From assembly GCF_055900595.2 (NCBI RefSeq), contig NZ_CM148325.1: 64,000 bases of DNA; one strand, given 5' to 3'. Every line of letters begins with the position of its first letter. Positions within the stretch are counted from its first letter, which is position 1. Both the position numbers and the translations under genes were made by a program. The notes beneath the pieces were generated by a model, which saw only the letters and a list, made by a program, of their open reading frames with translations, made no database searches and was not told the origin of the DNA. Below are positions 1 through 11,054 of the stretch, one piece after another.

Positions 1-3000
1 TTTTCGATTCCGGCACCAATACCTGCAATATAGAGACGTCCATCCCGTGTCTGCTGCAGCTTCACAGCCCACATGCTGTTCAGGTTCCGGCGCGTGTCCT
101 CCTGAACTTTCTGTATCTGCTCAATGCTGGCATTCCAGGATCCCAGTTTTTTATCCGTGCTCTGTTTGATCTGACTTCCCTTATCATCAACATACTGTCT
201 GATCTGCGCTATCTGTCGGCTGTTCTCCTCCGTGCTCCTGCTTACTGTCTGCCGGATTTCGCTGCCCATCCTGTCAACTTTTCTGTCAACTTCCGCAATG
301 GCCATTGACTGTTCACCGCTCTTTTTCGCCACAACCGTACTTATTTCCGCACTTTTATCATCAACATACTGCCTGACCTGCGCTATCTGTCGGCTGTTCT
401 CCTCCGTGCTCCTGGTTACTGTCTGCCGGATTTCACTGCTCACGCTGTCAACTTTCCTGTCGACTTTCGCAATGGCCAGCGACTGTTCACCGCTCTTTTT
501 CGCCACCAGTTCCGTTATGCTGTTTTCAGACGCCGTGATTTTTTTCGTCACCTCTGCGATATCACGCTCCGCACGCTGCCTCACATCTTTCTCCAGCTGC
601 GTCATTTCGCGGTTAATCTCATTCTCCAGTTGCTCAACTTCAGTGCGCAGTGCAGAGGCATCAATGCGTTCATTGATCTCCCGTCCCAGATGCGTTTTAT
701 TTATCGCCCCCCTGAAAAAATTAAGGTAAGCGGCAGGATCATTACTCGGTTGACCGACTGCCTCCACGAATGCCGATTTACCGACAGTGTTAACACTGCG
801 GATATAAAAGTAATAATCATGGCCCGGCTTAATATTGATACTGGCGGCTATCCAGTACAGCGCCGTGCCAAGATAGCGGGCTGTGGTTTCAACCTGCCTG
901 ATATCGGTAATCCGCGTTTCCGAGAACCAGAACTCAAACTGTACCGTCGGGTCATAAACGGCAAGATGCGGCGTGGCGGTTATCTGAAAATAGCCCGGCG
1001 TCAGCTCAATCCGCGACGGCGCTGCCGGTGCGGCAATCCGGAACGATACCGACGCCGGGTCTCCCTGCTGCCCCCGGGCATTTACCGCCCGGACCGTCAG
1101 CGTGTAACGCCCCAGCGCCAGTTGCCTGAAGCGGTATGTGGTTTCCGTCGTCCGGGCCGTGCTGACCAGCCGCTCACTGCCGTCATCCGCTGCCACGGTC
1201 AGGCGAAGCAGGAAGCTCACGCCCTTCACCACCTTCGGCGTGTCCCAGCGCGCCAGCACCTGATATTCCCCGCTGTCTGCGGTGACTTCTGCGGTCAGGT
1301 GCTGCACCGCTGGCGGCGTGACACCATTCACCGTTCCGCTCTGGTCGCCGTCAAAGTGCGCCCCGTTATCCACGATGGCCTCTTTTTCCGGTACATGCTG
1401 CACGGCAGTGATGGCATACGTGCCGTCGTCGTTCTCACGGATACTCACGCAGCGGAACAGGCGCTGGCGCAGCGTCGGCAGCTTCAGCCCCCACACGCTG
1501 TATTCAGCAACGCCGTCAGGAACACTGCTCACTTTCACCTTCACGCCGTCAGTGACGGACTGAACCTCCACGCTGACCGGATTGCCACTTCCGTCAACCA
1601 GGCTTATCAGCGTGGTACCGGAGGATGGCAGCGTGATTTCACGATCGAGCGTCAGCGTCCGGGTCTGGCTGTTCACCGCCAGCACGCGCCCACCGGTGCT
1701 GATACCGGCATAGTCATCATCACAGATTTCAATGACATCGCCCGGCACATGGCGAAGCCCTTCGGCACCCACGCTGAAGTCCACGGTCTGCGTTTCCAGC
1801 AGCTCCGTTTTAATCAGCCACAGCCCGGCGCGGTGTGCCTGCCCCCGGCTGGTACAGCCAAAGGCATCCATCTTCGTGACGTTACGACCGTAACGGGCAA
1901 TGGCCTGCGTGTCCTCCACAAGCTCTGTCGCCGTCTCCTGGCCGTTATCCGGGTCACTCCAGTTCACCTCAACGGCATTATGGCGGTCCTTCAGGGCGCT
2001 GAAGCTGTAGCGGAACGGCGCGCCATCATCCGGCATCACCACATTACTGCGGTTATAGGTCCACACCTTATCCGACGGTCGGTCCTGCACGAACGTCAGC
2101 GTCTGCCCGTTCCATACCGGCATACAGCGCATCGCCGAGCAGAAATCACTGAGCACATCCCACGCCTTACGCTGCCTGGTCAGCCAGGCATTACAGGTGA
2201 TGCGCGGCTCCGTGCCACCAGAGCCGTCCGGCACCGACTGGTCGCAGTACTGGCCGATGACATACAGCGCCCATTTGTCCACATCCGCTGCGCCAACACG
2301 TTTCCCCATGCCGTAGCGCGGGTGGGTCAGCATATCCCACAGACACCAGGCCGGGTTATCGCTGTATGCCGGTTTAAACGTTCCGTCCCAGATACCGCTG
2401 TATTGCCGCGTCTGCGGGTTATAGTTCGACGGCACCTGCAGAATGCGCCCGCGAAAATGATAATTACGGCTCACCTGCTGGCTGCCGAACTCCTCCGAAT
2501 CCACCTGCACACCGACCAGTGCCGTGTTCGGGTAGCACTGTTTCACATCGATGATTTCGGTGTATGACGACCAGAGCGTTTTGTTCTGCAGCTGGTCTGT
2601 GGTGCTGTCCGGTGTCATCCTGCGCATCCGGATATTGAACGGGCGCGGCGGCAGGTTATCCACCACCACCGAAGCCAGATACTGTGAAGTGGTTTTTCCC
2701 TTAATGGTGATGTCTTTTTCCGTTAACCAGCGACCGTTACGCTGTATCTGAACCAGCAGGCGGACTTCCGACGGATTCCGGTCCCCCTTTGAGGTGGTTT
2801 CCACCAGTGCCTGCACACCGAAGGTCAGGCGCAGACGGTCGATGTTTGCCGACGTGATGGTCCGGGTAATCGGCGTGTCGTACTTCACTTCCGTACCCAG
2901 CACCGTCTCGGAGCCGGAGGATTCAAATCCCTCCGGCGGCGTCTGCTCCTGCTCACCGGCCCGGAACACCACCGTGACGCCGGAGATATTGGTATTCCCC

Positions 3001-3170
3001 TCACTGTCCAGCACCGGCGTACCGTTCAGCAGCACGCTTTTTAATCCATCCACCGGTCCTTGTATCGGCCCTTCGCTGATGACATCGATCACACTCAGCA
3101 ACTGCGTGGACTTCAGGTTGTCCTTCGCTTCGCGCGGGGTATGCCCCTTACTGCTGCCTTTACCCATTCC
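1..3170 (-). CDS. J: tail tip / host specificity protein J (partial; C-terminal part lies beyond window start)
   Basis: Minus-strand start at 3170 translates [34 protein letters not shown], matching lambda J N-terminus; reverse complement of 1-70 encodes [20 protein letters not shown], a J-internal motif; plus-strand ORF 630..2567 is an Arg-rich antisense shadow. Frame continuity over the whole span not checked by hand. Confidence 0.8.
185..526 (-). repeat. tandem direct repeat, 2 copies of ~171 bp, inside J coding region
   Basis: 185-355 and 357-526 are near-identical (e.g. ctatctgtcggctgttctcctccgtgctcctg...caccgctctttttcgccac occurs twice); unit length is a multiple of 3. Confidence 0.8.
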
Positions 3171-3227
3171 TCACGCTCCATAAACGACAAAACCGCCCGG
3201 AGGCGGTTTCACATAAAACGTTTTTCA

Positions 3228-3869
3228 TCAGCGACCAATCACCACAACCTGACCACCATCACCTTCATCTGCTGTGCTGATCTCCTGAGATACCACACGT
3301 GATCCCACGCGCATTTCACCGTACAGAACGGGCAGAACATTGCCCTGGGCAACCATATTATCCAGTGAAGAAGAATAGGTGTTCTGTTTGCCGTTATCCG
3401 TTGTCTGTGTGCGGGGGGTTTTGGGTTTAGGGGCCAGCATCTGTGCAACACCGCCAAGCGTCATACTGGCACCGAGAGAAAACAGCAGATTACTCGCCAT
3501 AATTCCTACCCCCGGCATCCATATAGCAACCGCCATAACAGCCGCCCCCAGCACAGCCTGAAACACACCACCACGTTTGGCTCCCGCCAGACGCGGCACG
3601 ATGTGGATCACGGCACCATTTGCCAGCGGTTCATTAAGACGGGCTGATAATTCGTTTTCGCCTGTATCACGCCCGGCAATACGCACCTGATACCAGCCGT
3701 CGCTCAGTTTCTGACGAAACGCAGGGAGCTGCGTGGCCAGCGCCCGGATGGCTTCGGCTCCCGTTTTCACACGAAGGTCGATGCGGCGGCCAAATCGTTG
3801 CAAATCCCCGTAAAGGCAGATGCGTGCCATGCCCGGTGACGCCAGAGGGAGTGTGTGCGTCGCTGCCAT
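3228..3869 (-). CDS. I: tail assembly protein I
   Basis: 213-aa ORF; position between J and K; C-terminal hydrophobic segment; overlaps K by ~100 bp as in lambda. Confidence 0.8.
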   Translation of the reverse strand: MAATHTLPLASPGMARICLYGDLQRFGRRIDLRVKTGAEAIRALATQLPAFRQKLSDGWYQVRIAGRDTGENELSARLNEPLANGAVIHIVPRLAGAKRGGVFQAVLGAAVMAVAIWMPGVGIMASNLLFSLGASMTLGGVAQMLAPKPKTPRTQTTDNGKQNTYSSSLDNMVAQGNVLPVLYGEMRVGSRVVSQEISTADEGDGGQVVVIGR

Positions 3870-4510
3870 TTGTCGGTATACCTCTCTCGTTTGCTCAGTT
3901 GTTCAGGAATATGGTGCAGCAGCCCGCCGTCGCCGCAGTAAATGGCGGCATGATTCGGCACCGATGAACCAAAACAGCACAGCAGCACGTCGCCGGGCTG
4001 CGCCTCTGTCAGTGCGACACGGTAAAAACCAGTCGCCTCCATATTGTCAAGATAGAGATTCTGACCGTTACGCCACCAGTCATCCCCGCGATGAAAATCC
4101 GGCATCTCAATTCCCGCCAGATGGTAAGCATCCCGGAACAGCGTGTAACAGTCCGTCACCCCGTGCTCAAAGCACCGCCCGGTGAGATGCGGCACACAGC
4201 GGAACTTGTGAATCGCCCCCCGGCAGACCAGCCACCACGGCAAATCACTCTGCACCTGCAGCCGCCGGTCGGCCTCACTCAGCCAGGGCAGACCACCGGG
4301 GTGACTGTGGACCAGTGCCACAATCTCACCCTGCATCTCTGCCTGCAGCCAGTCCTCCGGCGACATCCGGAAATACGCCTCCGGCTCACCGGAGATATTC
4401 ACGCAGGGGAAATATCTTTCCCCCTCCGGCGCTCTCACCACGAAGCCGCACGACTCCGCTGGCGCACATCGCCGGGCGTGCGCCAGAATCGCTGATTCTG
4501 TCTCTGTCAT
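3767..4510 (-). CDS. K: tail assembly protein K (NlpC/P60 plus JAB/MPN-like)
   Basis: ORF 3767..4552; likely start MTETESAILAHARRCAPAESCGFVV; HSHP motif (VALVHSHPGG); lambda K-like. Confidence 0.85.
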   Translation of the reverse strand: MTETESAILAHARRCAPAESCGFVVRAPEGERYFPCVNISGEPEAYFRMSPEDWLQAEMQGEIVALVHSHPGGLPWLSEADRRLQVQSDLPWWLVCRGAIHKFRCVPHLTGRCFEHGVTDCYTLFRDAYHLAGIEMPDFHRGDDWWRNGQNLYLDNMEATGFYRVALTEAQPGDVLLCCFGSSVPNHAAIYCGDGGLLHHIPEQLSKRERYTDKWQRRTHSLWRHRAWHASAFTGICNDLAAASTFV

Positions 4511-4514
4511 GGGA

Positions 4515-5213
4515 TTACTGCGAAAGTTTGTTAATGGAAAGGAAGCCGCCAAAGTTGCCGACGTTATTGCGAAACTTACAGCCGCTCAGGCATTTGCTGC
4601 ATTTATCCTTCGTGATATCGGACGTCGGCTGGTCATATTCATCCGCGACTGCCGGACCGTGATAACCGCACTCATCACCGCGATAGGTCCAGGTGCAGGT
4701 GTTGGCCAGCATGATACGTCCCGGAAAAACAGCGCCATCCGTTTCCGTCGGCGTGGCCAGTACAAAGGTCGCGCTGACCGCTGTCAAATCACTGCACTGC
4801 TCGATGCGCCAGCGGCTGATCACCTCCTGCTCCGGATCGGCGTCACTGTTTCCGTTGACGAAGTTCACCGCATCCAGAAAACGGGCGTAAACCTTACGCC
4901 GGACCACCGTTCCGCCGACCAGACTCTGCATATCTTCCGCCATCCCGGTGACCATACCGTACAGGTTAGAAACCGTCAGCGTGGGGCGCGTACTGGTGCC
5001 TTTGCCATTCAGTTCAAAACCGCTCCCCTGAATGGGATACGGCTGATACTGTCGCACCTGCCAGGTGACCGGCTCACCTTTTTCGTTCTGCTCATTACAG
5101 AAAAAATAACGTTCTCCACCGACCTCTGTCAGGTCGATTTCCCAGAGCACCACGCTGGCCGACTGCTCCGCACGGGTGCATTCATTCAGTGTTTCCTGCC
5201 GGATATCCTGCAT
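4515..5213 (-). CDS. L: minor tail protein L
   Basis: 232-aa ORF, same length as lambda L; C-terminal Cys cluster (CSKCLSGCKF); synteny. Confidence 0.85.
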   Translation of the reverse strand: MQDIRQETLNECTRAEQSASVVLWEIDLTEVGGERYFFCNEQNEKGEPVTWQVRQYQPYPIQGSGFELNGKGTSTRPTLTVSNLYGMVTGMAEDMQSLVGGTVVRRKVYARFLDAVNFVNGNSDADPEQEVISRWRIEQCSDLTAVSATFVLATPTETDGAVFPGRIMLANTCTWTYRGDECGYHGPAVADEYDQPTSDITKDKCSKCLSGCKFRNNVGNFGGFLSINKLSQ

Positions 5214-5542
5214 CAGTTCACCACCTGTTCAAACTCTGCGCTGAACTCAACACGCAGCATACTGACCCGCGACGACCATTTTGCGCAGGTCACCTTTATC
5301 TGCCGCCACTCATAAGGCGGCGTCCACAGAAAGGCTTTCCAGCCCCCGTGCTCTTCCAGAAACGACTCCAGCGCCGTGGCCTCCCAACGGGGGACAGAAA
5401 GCGTCACGCTGTACGTTTTCAGGTTGGCATTCAGCCCGGCAGGCGCTCGCTGGGAATAGCCATCACCAAAGCGCACCTTTCTTACAGAAGGGGCCGAAGC
5501 CACATCCATACCGGGTTTCACTTTCCAGCGGAAGGTTTTCAT
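5213..5542 (-). CDS. M: minor tail protein M
   Basis: 109-aa ORF between L and H; lambda M-like. Confidence 0.85.
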   Translation of the reverse strand: MKTFRWKVKPGMDVASAPSVRKVRFGDGYSQRAPAGLNANLKTYSVTLSVPRWEATALESFLEEHGGWKAFLWTPPYEWRQIKVTCAKWSSRVSMLRVEFSAEFEQVVN

Positions 5543-8118
5543 CGTCCACCTCCGGAGAACAGGCCACCATCGCGCATCTGTGCCTGGATTTCATCACGGG
5601 CACCCTTGCGGGCCATGTCATACACCGCCTTCATCATCTGTGGACCTGGCAGACCATTCGTACCGTCGTTCTGAATCACCACGTTGTTGTTCTGCTCAAA
5701 CCTGATACCCTCTGAACGCCGCATTTGCGCCGGACTTCCGGTGCCACCGACATAACCGCCGGTGGCATAGCCGCGCATCAGCCGGTAGAGATTTCCCACG
5801 CCAATCCGGCTGGTTGCCTCCTTCGTGAAGACAAACTCACCACGGTGAACAATCCCCGCTGGCTCATATTTGCCGCCGGTTCCCGTAAATCCTCCGGTTG
5901 CAAAATGGAATTTCGCCGCAGCGGCCTGAATGGCTGTACCGCCTGACGCGGATGCGCCGCCACCAACAGCCCCGCCAATGGCGCTGCCGATACTCCCGAC
6001 AATCCCCACCATTGCCTGCTTAAGCAGAATTTCTGTCATCATGGACAGCACGGAGCGGGTGAAGCTGCGCCAGTTCTGTTCACTGCCGGTCAGCATCGCC
6101 GCCATATTCTGCGCAATACCATCAAAGGTCTGCGTGGCAGCACTTTTAACCTGCGACATACTGTCCGTGGCGCTCTCTTCCCACTCACTCCAGCCGGACT
6201 TCAGGCCTGCCATCCAGCTCCCGCGAAGCAGGTCTTCAGCCGCCCAGGTCTTTTTCTGCTCTGACATGACGTTATTCAGCGCCAGCGGATTATCGCCATA
6301 CTGTTCCTTCAGGCGCTGTTCCGTGGCTTCCCGTTCTGCCTGCCGGTCAGTCAGCCCCCGGCTTTTCGCATCAATGGCGGCCCGTTTTGCCCGTTGCTGC
6401 TGTGCGAATTTATCCGCCTGCTGCGCCAGCGCGTTCAGGCGCTCCTGATACGTAACCTTGTCGCCAAGTGCAGCCAGCTGGCGTTTGTACTCCAGCGTCT
6501 CATCTTTATGCGCCAGCAGGGATTTCTCCTGTGCAGACAGCTGGCGACGTTGCGCCGCCTCCTCCAGTACCGCGAACTGACTCTCCGCCTTCCACAAATC
6601 CCGGCGCTGCTGGCTGATTTTCTCATTTGCTCCGGCATGCTTCTCCAGCGTCCGGAGTTCAGCCTGAAGCGTCAGCAGGGCAGCATGAGCACTGTCTTCC
6701 TGACGCTCTCCCGCAGACACCTTCACGCCGGACTGTTTCGGCTTTTTCAGCGTCGCTTCATAATCCTTTTTCGCCGCCGCCATCAGCGTGTTGTAATCTG
6801 CCTGCAGGATTTTCCCGTCTTTCAGTGCCTTGTTCAGTTCTTCCTGACGGGCGGTATATTTCTCCAGCGGTGTCTGCAGCCGTTCGTAAGCCTTCTGCGC
6901 CTCTTCGGTATATTTCAGCCGTGATGCCTCAGAGTCGGCCCAGTCCTTTGCTGCCATCTCTCTGGCCTTTTCAAGATCGGCCTGCAACGTGGCGGCTGAA
7001 AGCCCAAGTTGCGCATTCGCTCTGTCCTCCCATGCTCCCCGGAGATTGGCAAGAAATGCTGAGGTTTTACCGCGCCGGTGGCTCCGGCTCTGATACCACT
7101 GCCATTTTTTGTCCGCCTCATCAAAAGCCTTTTCTGCTTTCTCCAGCATTTCCCGGGCAGTGTCCGGGCGACCAATATCCAGCACCGAATCCCACATGGA
7201 TTTGAATGCCCGCGCTGTCCTGTCTGCCCAGGTCTCCAGCGTGCCCATGTTCTCTTTCAGGCGGCGGGTCTGGTCATCAAACCCTTTCGTTGCGGCCTCG
7301 TTCGCCGCCTGCAATGCCCCTGCCTCATCGCCGGAACGCTGCAACTGAGCAACATACGCAATCTGCTCCGCCGTCACGTTATGGAACTGGCGCGCCATCG
7401 CCGTCAGCCCCGACGTCGGGTCTGTGGTCAGCTTCCCGAAGGCTTCAGCGACCTTGTCCACCTCCACGCCGGATGCAGAGGAGAAACGCGCCACACTCTG
7501 GCTGATGGACGCAATCTGAGCCTCACCGCTTACCCCCGCCTTAACCAGTGCGCTGAGTGACTCGCTGGTCTGGTTAAACGTCAGCCCTGCCGCCTGCCCG
7601 GCTCTGGACAGGACCAGCATACGATCTGCCGTCAGACCCGACTGATTGCCGGAAAGGACCAGCGTTTTGTTGAAATCGGACAGGGTTGAGTTGCCCTGAT
7701 ACCAGGCATACGCCAGCGCACCGGTCGCCACCGCCAGCGAGGTGGCCCCGACCATCGGCAGGGTGATCGCACCGGCAAGCCCCCTGAACATGGGGATCAT
7801 CCCGCCGAAGGAGTCCTTCACCTGACCGCCCTGTTGCAGCAGGATCAGCCACGGACTCTGCCCGCCTGCAAGCTGTGTGGCCACGTCGGTGAACTGTGCA
7901 GGCAGCATACGCATGGCGGCTTTATACTGTCCGACGGAAATCCCCGCTTTCTGTGCAGCCAGCGCCTGTCGGCTCAGCGACTGTTCAACGACTGCCGCTG
8001 TTTTTTTCGCATCACTTTCCGTACCGGAAAAATGACGCCTGACTCTGGCCATCTGCTCGTCAAATCTGGCCGCATCCAGACTTAAATCAACGACCAGATC
8101 GCCTACCGGTTCAGCCAT
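5539..8118 (-). CDS. H: tail tape measure protein H
   Basis: 859-aa ORF (lambda H 853 aa); Ala/Gln-rich coiled-coil centre; Gly-rich C-terminal part; synteny. Confidence 0.9.
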   Translation of the reverse strand: MAEPVGDLVVDLSLDAARFDEQMARVRRHFSGTESDAKKTAAVVEQSLSRQALAAQKAGISVGQYKAAMRMLPAQFTDVATQLAGGQSPWLILLQQGGQVKDSFGGMIPMFRGLAGAITLPMVGATSLAVATGALAYAWYQGNSTLSDFNKTLVLSGNQSGLTADRMLVLSRAGQAAGLTFNQTSESLSALVKAGVSGEAQIASISQSVARFSSASGVEVDKVAEAFGKLTTDPTSGLTAMARQFHNVTAEQIAYVAQLQRSGDEAGALQAANEAATKGFDDQTRRLKENMGTLETWADRTARAFKSMWDSVLDIGRPDTAREMLEKAEKAFDEADKKWQWYQSRSHRRGKTSAFLANLRGAWEDRANAQLGLSAATLQADLEKAREMAAKDWADSEASRLKYTEEAQKAYERLQTPLEKYTARQEELNKALKDGKILQADYNTLMAAAKKDYEATLKKPKQSGVKVSAGERQEDSAHAALLTLQAELRTLEKHAGANEKISQQRRDLWKAESQFAVLEEAAQRRQLSAQEKSLLAHKDETLEYKRQLAALGDKVTYQERLNALAQQADKFAQQQRAKRAAIDAKSRGLTDRQAEREATEQRLKEQYGDNPLALNNVMSEQKKTWAAEDLLRGSWMAGLKSGWSEWEESATDSMSQVKSAATQTFDGIAQNMAAMLTGSEQNWRSFTRSVLSMMTEILLKQAMVGIVGSIGSAIGGAVGGGASASGGTAIQAAAAKFHFATGGFTGTGGKYEPAGIVHRGEFVFTKEATSRIGVGNLYRLMRGYATGGYVGGTGSPAQMRRSEGIRFEQNNNVVIQNDGTNGLPGPQMMKAVYDMARKGARDEIQAQMRDGGLFSGGGR

Positions 8119-8545
8119 ACCGGACTCCTCCTGCGATCCCTTCTGATACTGTCATCAGCATTACGTCATCCTCCGTCATGTCCGCCACATCCGTGGATGC
8201 AGGGATAACTTCATTCCCGTCCGGACCAAAGCGGACGCCTCCGGCAAGCCCTGCCGCTTTCTGCATCAGCACATCATCTTCAGGCTCTTCGTCAGCCTCG
8301 CGCCGGTTCAGCAGACTGAAATCCAGCGGATGCATCTCCGGATCGCTGAAAAACAGGCTGAGCACGGTGTACGTCAGCCCGGAAAAGTGCATATCCAACA
8401 GAACATCATGAAAATAATGGGTACTGTAAAAACGGTGCCAGTCGGCATACTCCGTGGATGACATCCCGGCAAGCATGGCACGCCAGTCGGGTCGCCCCAT
8501 CTCACGCGCCAGTTTCAGGGCAAAACTCAGCTCACCGTCGAACAC
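8111..8545 (-). CDS. T: tail assembly chaperone T (T portion of G-T frameshift product)
   Basis: 144-aa ORF overlapping the 3' end of G in the -1 frame; slippery heptamer GGGAAAG on the minus strand at ~8530-8545. Confidence 0.75.
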   Translation of the reverse strand: MFDGELSFALKLAREMGRPDWRAMLAGMSSTEYADWHRFYSTHYFHDVLLDMHFSGLTYTVLSLFFSDPEMHPLDFSLLNRREADEEPEDDVLMQKAAGLAGGVRFGPDGNEVIPASTDVADMTEDDVMLMTVSEGIAGGVRYG

Positions 8546-8949
8546 TTTCCCGCAGAAACAGGCTCTGCAGGCCCGGCGTCCTCTGTCTGTTCAGGGGCAT
8601 TATTCACAACAAACTCATACATACCAGACAGCCGGTACACCACGTTTTCAGCATGAGAAATTGCCTCCGTGGGCCAGGTGGTAAGCACTTCCTGCTCAAT
8701 CTGTTTAACGGCTTCATTCATGGAAGGCAGCTTTGTCTTCTGCGGATGGTTATGCCACAGGGACATCGCCACCACAAAAGCACCGGTTCTGATGGCGTCT
8801 TCCACAGTAAACTTCCGGTTGCTGTCTGACTCCGCCTGTTCTGCCTGCCGTTTCATCAGGGCGAGATGCTCAATACGCTGCAGGGCTGACAGTTCAGAAA
8901 GCGTGACGGTCACACCGTTATGTTCAAATGATTCGGTTTTCAGGAACAT
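8527..8949 (-). CDS. G: tail assembly chaperone G
   Basis: 140-aa ORF (lambda G 140 aa); position between V and H; acidic C-terminus. Confidence 0.85.
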   Translation of the reverse strand: MFLKTESFEHNGVTVTLSELSALQRIEHLALMKRQAEQAESDSNRKFTVEDAIRTGAFVVAMSLWHNHPQKTKLPSMNEAVKQIEQEVLTTWPTEAISHAENVVYRLSGMYEFVVNNAPEQTEDAGPAEPVSAGKCSTVS

Positions 8950-8964
8950 CGCTGACTCTCCGGA

Positions 8965-9735
8965 TTAACTGGCGGTGACGTTGATTTCTGCAACCGCAGC
9001 AAGTTCACCATTACCGGATACGACCGGAATGTTGACCTTGCCTGCAGCAACGCCGTTCACGGTGATGGTCATACCACTGACCGACACGGTGGCTTTTGTT
9101 TTATCCGCAGACACCGCACGGAAGCTCTTGTCGGTTGCGCCTTCCGGCTGGAATGCCACGGTCAGCGTCGTGCTCTTCCCTTTCACCACCGAGGTGCTGG
9201 CAGGCGTCACGGTCATGCCGGTTGCCGCTGTTACCGTGCTGCGATCTTCTGCCATCGACGGACGTCCCACATTGGTGACTTTCACCGTGCGGGTGATCAC
9301 TTCCTTCGCCGTCACCGCCTTACCGATACTGCTGACCCAGCCGCGGAACACATCGATCGTGCCGTTCGGGAAGCGGATTTTATAGGCACGGGTATCACCT
9401 TCATTAAACCACGCCAGCAGCGCCTGCTGCCCCTGCTCTCCGGGCATCCACGCCAGCGTGAAGCTGGTATCTCCGGCAGATTTCTGCCCCTGTCCGGTCG
9501 CGGTCCAGTCCGCATCTTCATCATCGAGATAACTGTCGTCATAGGACTCAGCGGTCAGTTCGCCGGGCGTCAGGTCTTTAACCTTTGCCAGACGCGACCA
9601 GTCATTGTCTGAAAGCGGGTTTGCATAAGGGTCGCCGCTCCCGTTATAAACCCACAGTGTGGTCCCGGCCCCTTTCACCGGTGCCAGAGGATTTGGTGTT
9701 GGCATATCGTCCTCACATTTCATAGGTAATGACAT
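8965..9735 (-). CDS. V: major tail tube protein V (with C-terminal Ig-like domain)
   Basis: 256-aa ORF; synteny; C-terminal Thr/Val-rich Ig-like (Big_2-type) region. Confidence 0.85.
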   Translation of the reverse strand: MSLPMKCEDDMPTPNPLAPVKGAGTTLWVYNGSGDPYANPLSDNDWSRLAKVKDLTPGELTAESYDDSYLDDEDADWTATGQGQKSAGDTSFTLAWMPGEQGQQALLAWFNEGDTRAYKIRFPNGTIDVFRGWVSSIGKAVTAKEVITRTVKVTNVGRPSMAEDRSTVTAATGMTVTPASTSVVKGKSTTLTVAFQPEGATDKSFRAVSADKTKATVSVSGMTITVNGVAAGKVNIPVVSGNGELAAVAEINVTAS

Positions 9736-10108
9736 AAGTCAGATCGGCTGAACTCCACAGGCCCGCATCATCGTCGCGCCGGTAGTCATAGCCACTGGCC
9801 ACCATACTGGTGATCAAATCTGACAGTGCCGGGATATCGCTCATCACCGGATAAATCCGGGACTCCATCCACGCATCCAGCTCTGAATCCGGCACCTGAG
9901 CAGGCAGGAAAACTTCAATATGCAGCTCCGCCTGCCAGGTATCGCTGTCCAGCTCTTCGCCCGTGTATTCAGCGCCGGTGAGATAAACGGCAACTGCCGG
10001 AAAATCCGCCTCATCAAAAACAGCGGGGCGACCATCAAAAAACGTCGCCCCGGTGTCATGCTTCTCCAGTGCATCCAGTACGGCTGTACGGATATCAGTA
10101 TTTTTCAT
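9713..10108 (-). CDS. U: tail terminator protein U
   Basis: 131-aa ORF (lambda U 131 aa); synteny. Confidence 0.8.
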   Translation of the reverse strand: MKNTDIRTAVLDALEKHDTGATFFDGRPAVFDEADFPAVAVYLTGAEYTGEELDSDTWQAELHIEVFLPAQVPDSELDAWMESRIYPVMSDIPALSDLITSMVASGYDYRRDDDAGLWSSADLTYVITYEM

Positions 10109-10680
10109 CGCTTTATTACAATCCTCAGTTGTTGTTTCAGCGCATAGCTCAGTTCTTTTGGCAGACGTTCGCGTCGGATACGGTTAACGTTCTCATCAAA
10201 AGCCTGTTTCAGTGGGGCCGACATCGGAATTTTCACCACCTGAATGGGAAGACGATTACGCTTTTTCCTTCCCTTATCGTCATTGCCCTTCGCATACCTG
10301 GCTTCTGGCAGACGTTGCATAACATGCCAGCGCCCATTATTCAGTCGCTGGATGAATGCCCGCTGATAACGATGCTGACCGGCTTTGAGTATGCTGTTCG
10401 GGCGACGTCCCAGCATCCTGATCCCCAGCTTAATCACAGGAAGATCGCCGCGGTTAACGATAATTTTTGCGTTCGGATTTCTGACCGTAGCCCGTTTCAG
10501 TCTGGATCGCTCTTTAACAAGTTTTCTCGGCACCCGGGTTTCACGGGCGACCTGAGACGAAGACTGATTAATCGCCGTTGTGGCCACGCGGTTAATGGCC
10601 ATTGCTGACGCACCGGGCACCGCCGTTCTGCTGATACGGCTGAGGTTTTCAACGGCCTGCTCAAGACCCTGTATGGCCAT
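10105..10680 (-). CDS. Z: tail completion protein Z
   Basis: 191-aa ORF (lambda Z 192 aa); synteny. Confidence 0.8.
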   Translation of the reverse strand: MAIQGLEQAVENLSRISRTAVPGASAMAINRVATTAINQSSSQVARETRVPRKLVKERSRLKRATVRNPNAKIIVNRGDLPVIKLGIRMLGRRPNSILKAGQHRYQRAFIQRLNNGRWHVMQRLPEARYAKGNDDKGRKKRNRLPIQVVKIPMSAPLKQAFDENVNRIRRERLPKELSYALKQQLRIVIKR

Positions 10681-10691
10681 ACATCCCCCTT

Positions 10692-11054
10692 TCAGCGGCG
10701 ACGATTAACGGCAGGCGGTACGCCCCGCCCAAGCCAGAGATGACAGCTTCCGCCATCATCCGGCGAAATCCGGTCTATCCAGAAGTTTTCCTCACCGATG
10801 GTCAGCGTGTCGCCACGCCGCAGTTGCCGCACATCATCAGTCCGGACAAACAGGGACGGGCTGGAGCCTTCAACGCGCACGCCCTGTCCGGCATAGCTGA
10901 TATTTTCAGGGTCATCAAAAACACCACGTATTACTGCGCCGGGCTGCTCACCGGATGTAATGGTGGCTGACGTTCCCATGTACCCGCGTATCGTTTCATC
11001 AGCCCGGGCAATGGCTGTATCAAAACCGTTATCCCTGATATTAATAACTTTCAT
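10692..11054 (-). CDS. FII: head-tail connector protein FII
   Basis: ORF 10692..11090; probable start MKVINIRDNGF; position after FI. Confidence 0.7.
   Translation of the reverse strand: MKVINIRDNGFDTAIARADETIRGYMGTSATITSGEQPGAVIRGVFDDPENISYAGQGVRVEGSSPSLFVRTDDVRQLRRGDTLTIGEENFWIDRISPDDGGSCHLWLGRGVPPAVNRRR

Noticed and set aside
232-729. 165-aa plus-strand ORF over the repeat region
   Set aside because: Lies antisense to J; its apparent internal duplication only reflects the DNA tandem repeat.
630-2567. 645-aa plus-strand ORF
   Set aside because: Arg/His-rich low-complexity translation antisense to the J gene, whose minus-strand frame matches lambda J; a shadow ORF.
5930-7560. Several 80-190-aa plus-strand ORFs
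   Set aside because: All are antisense to the tape measure gene H with Pro/Ser/Arg/Ala-rich low-complexity translations; shadows of a GC-rich gene.
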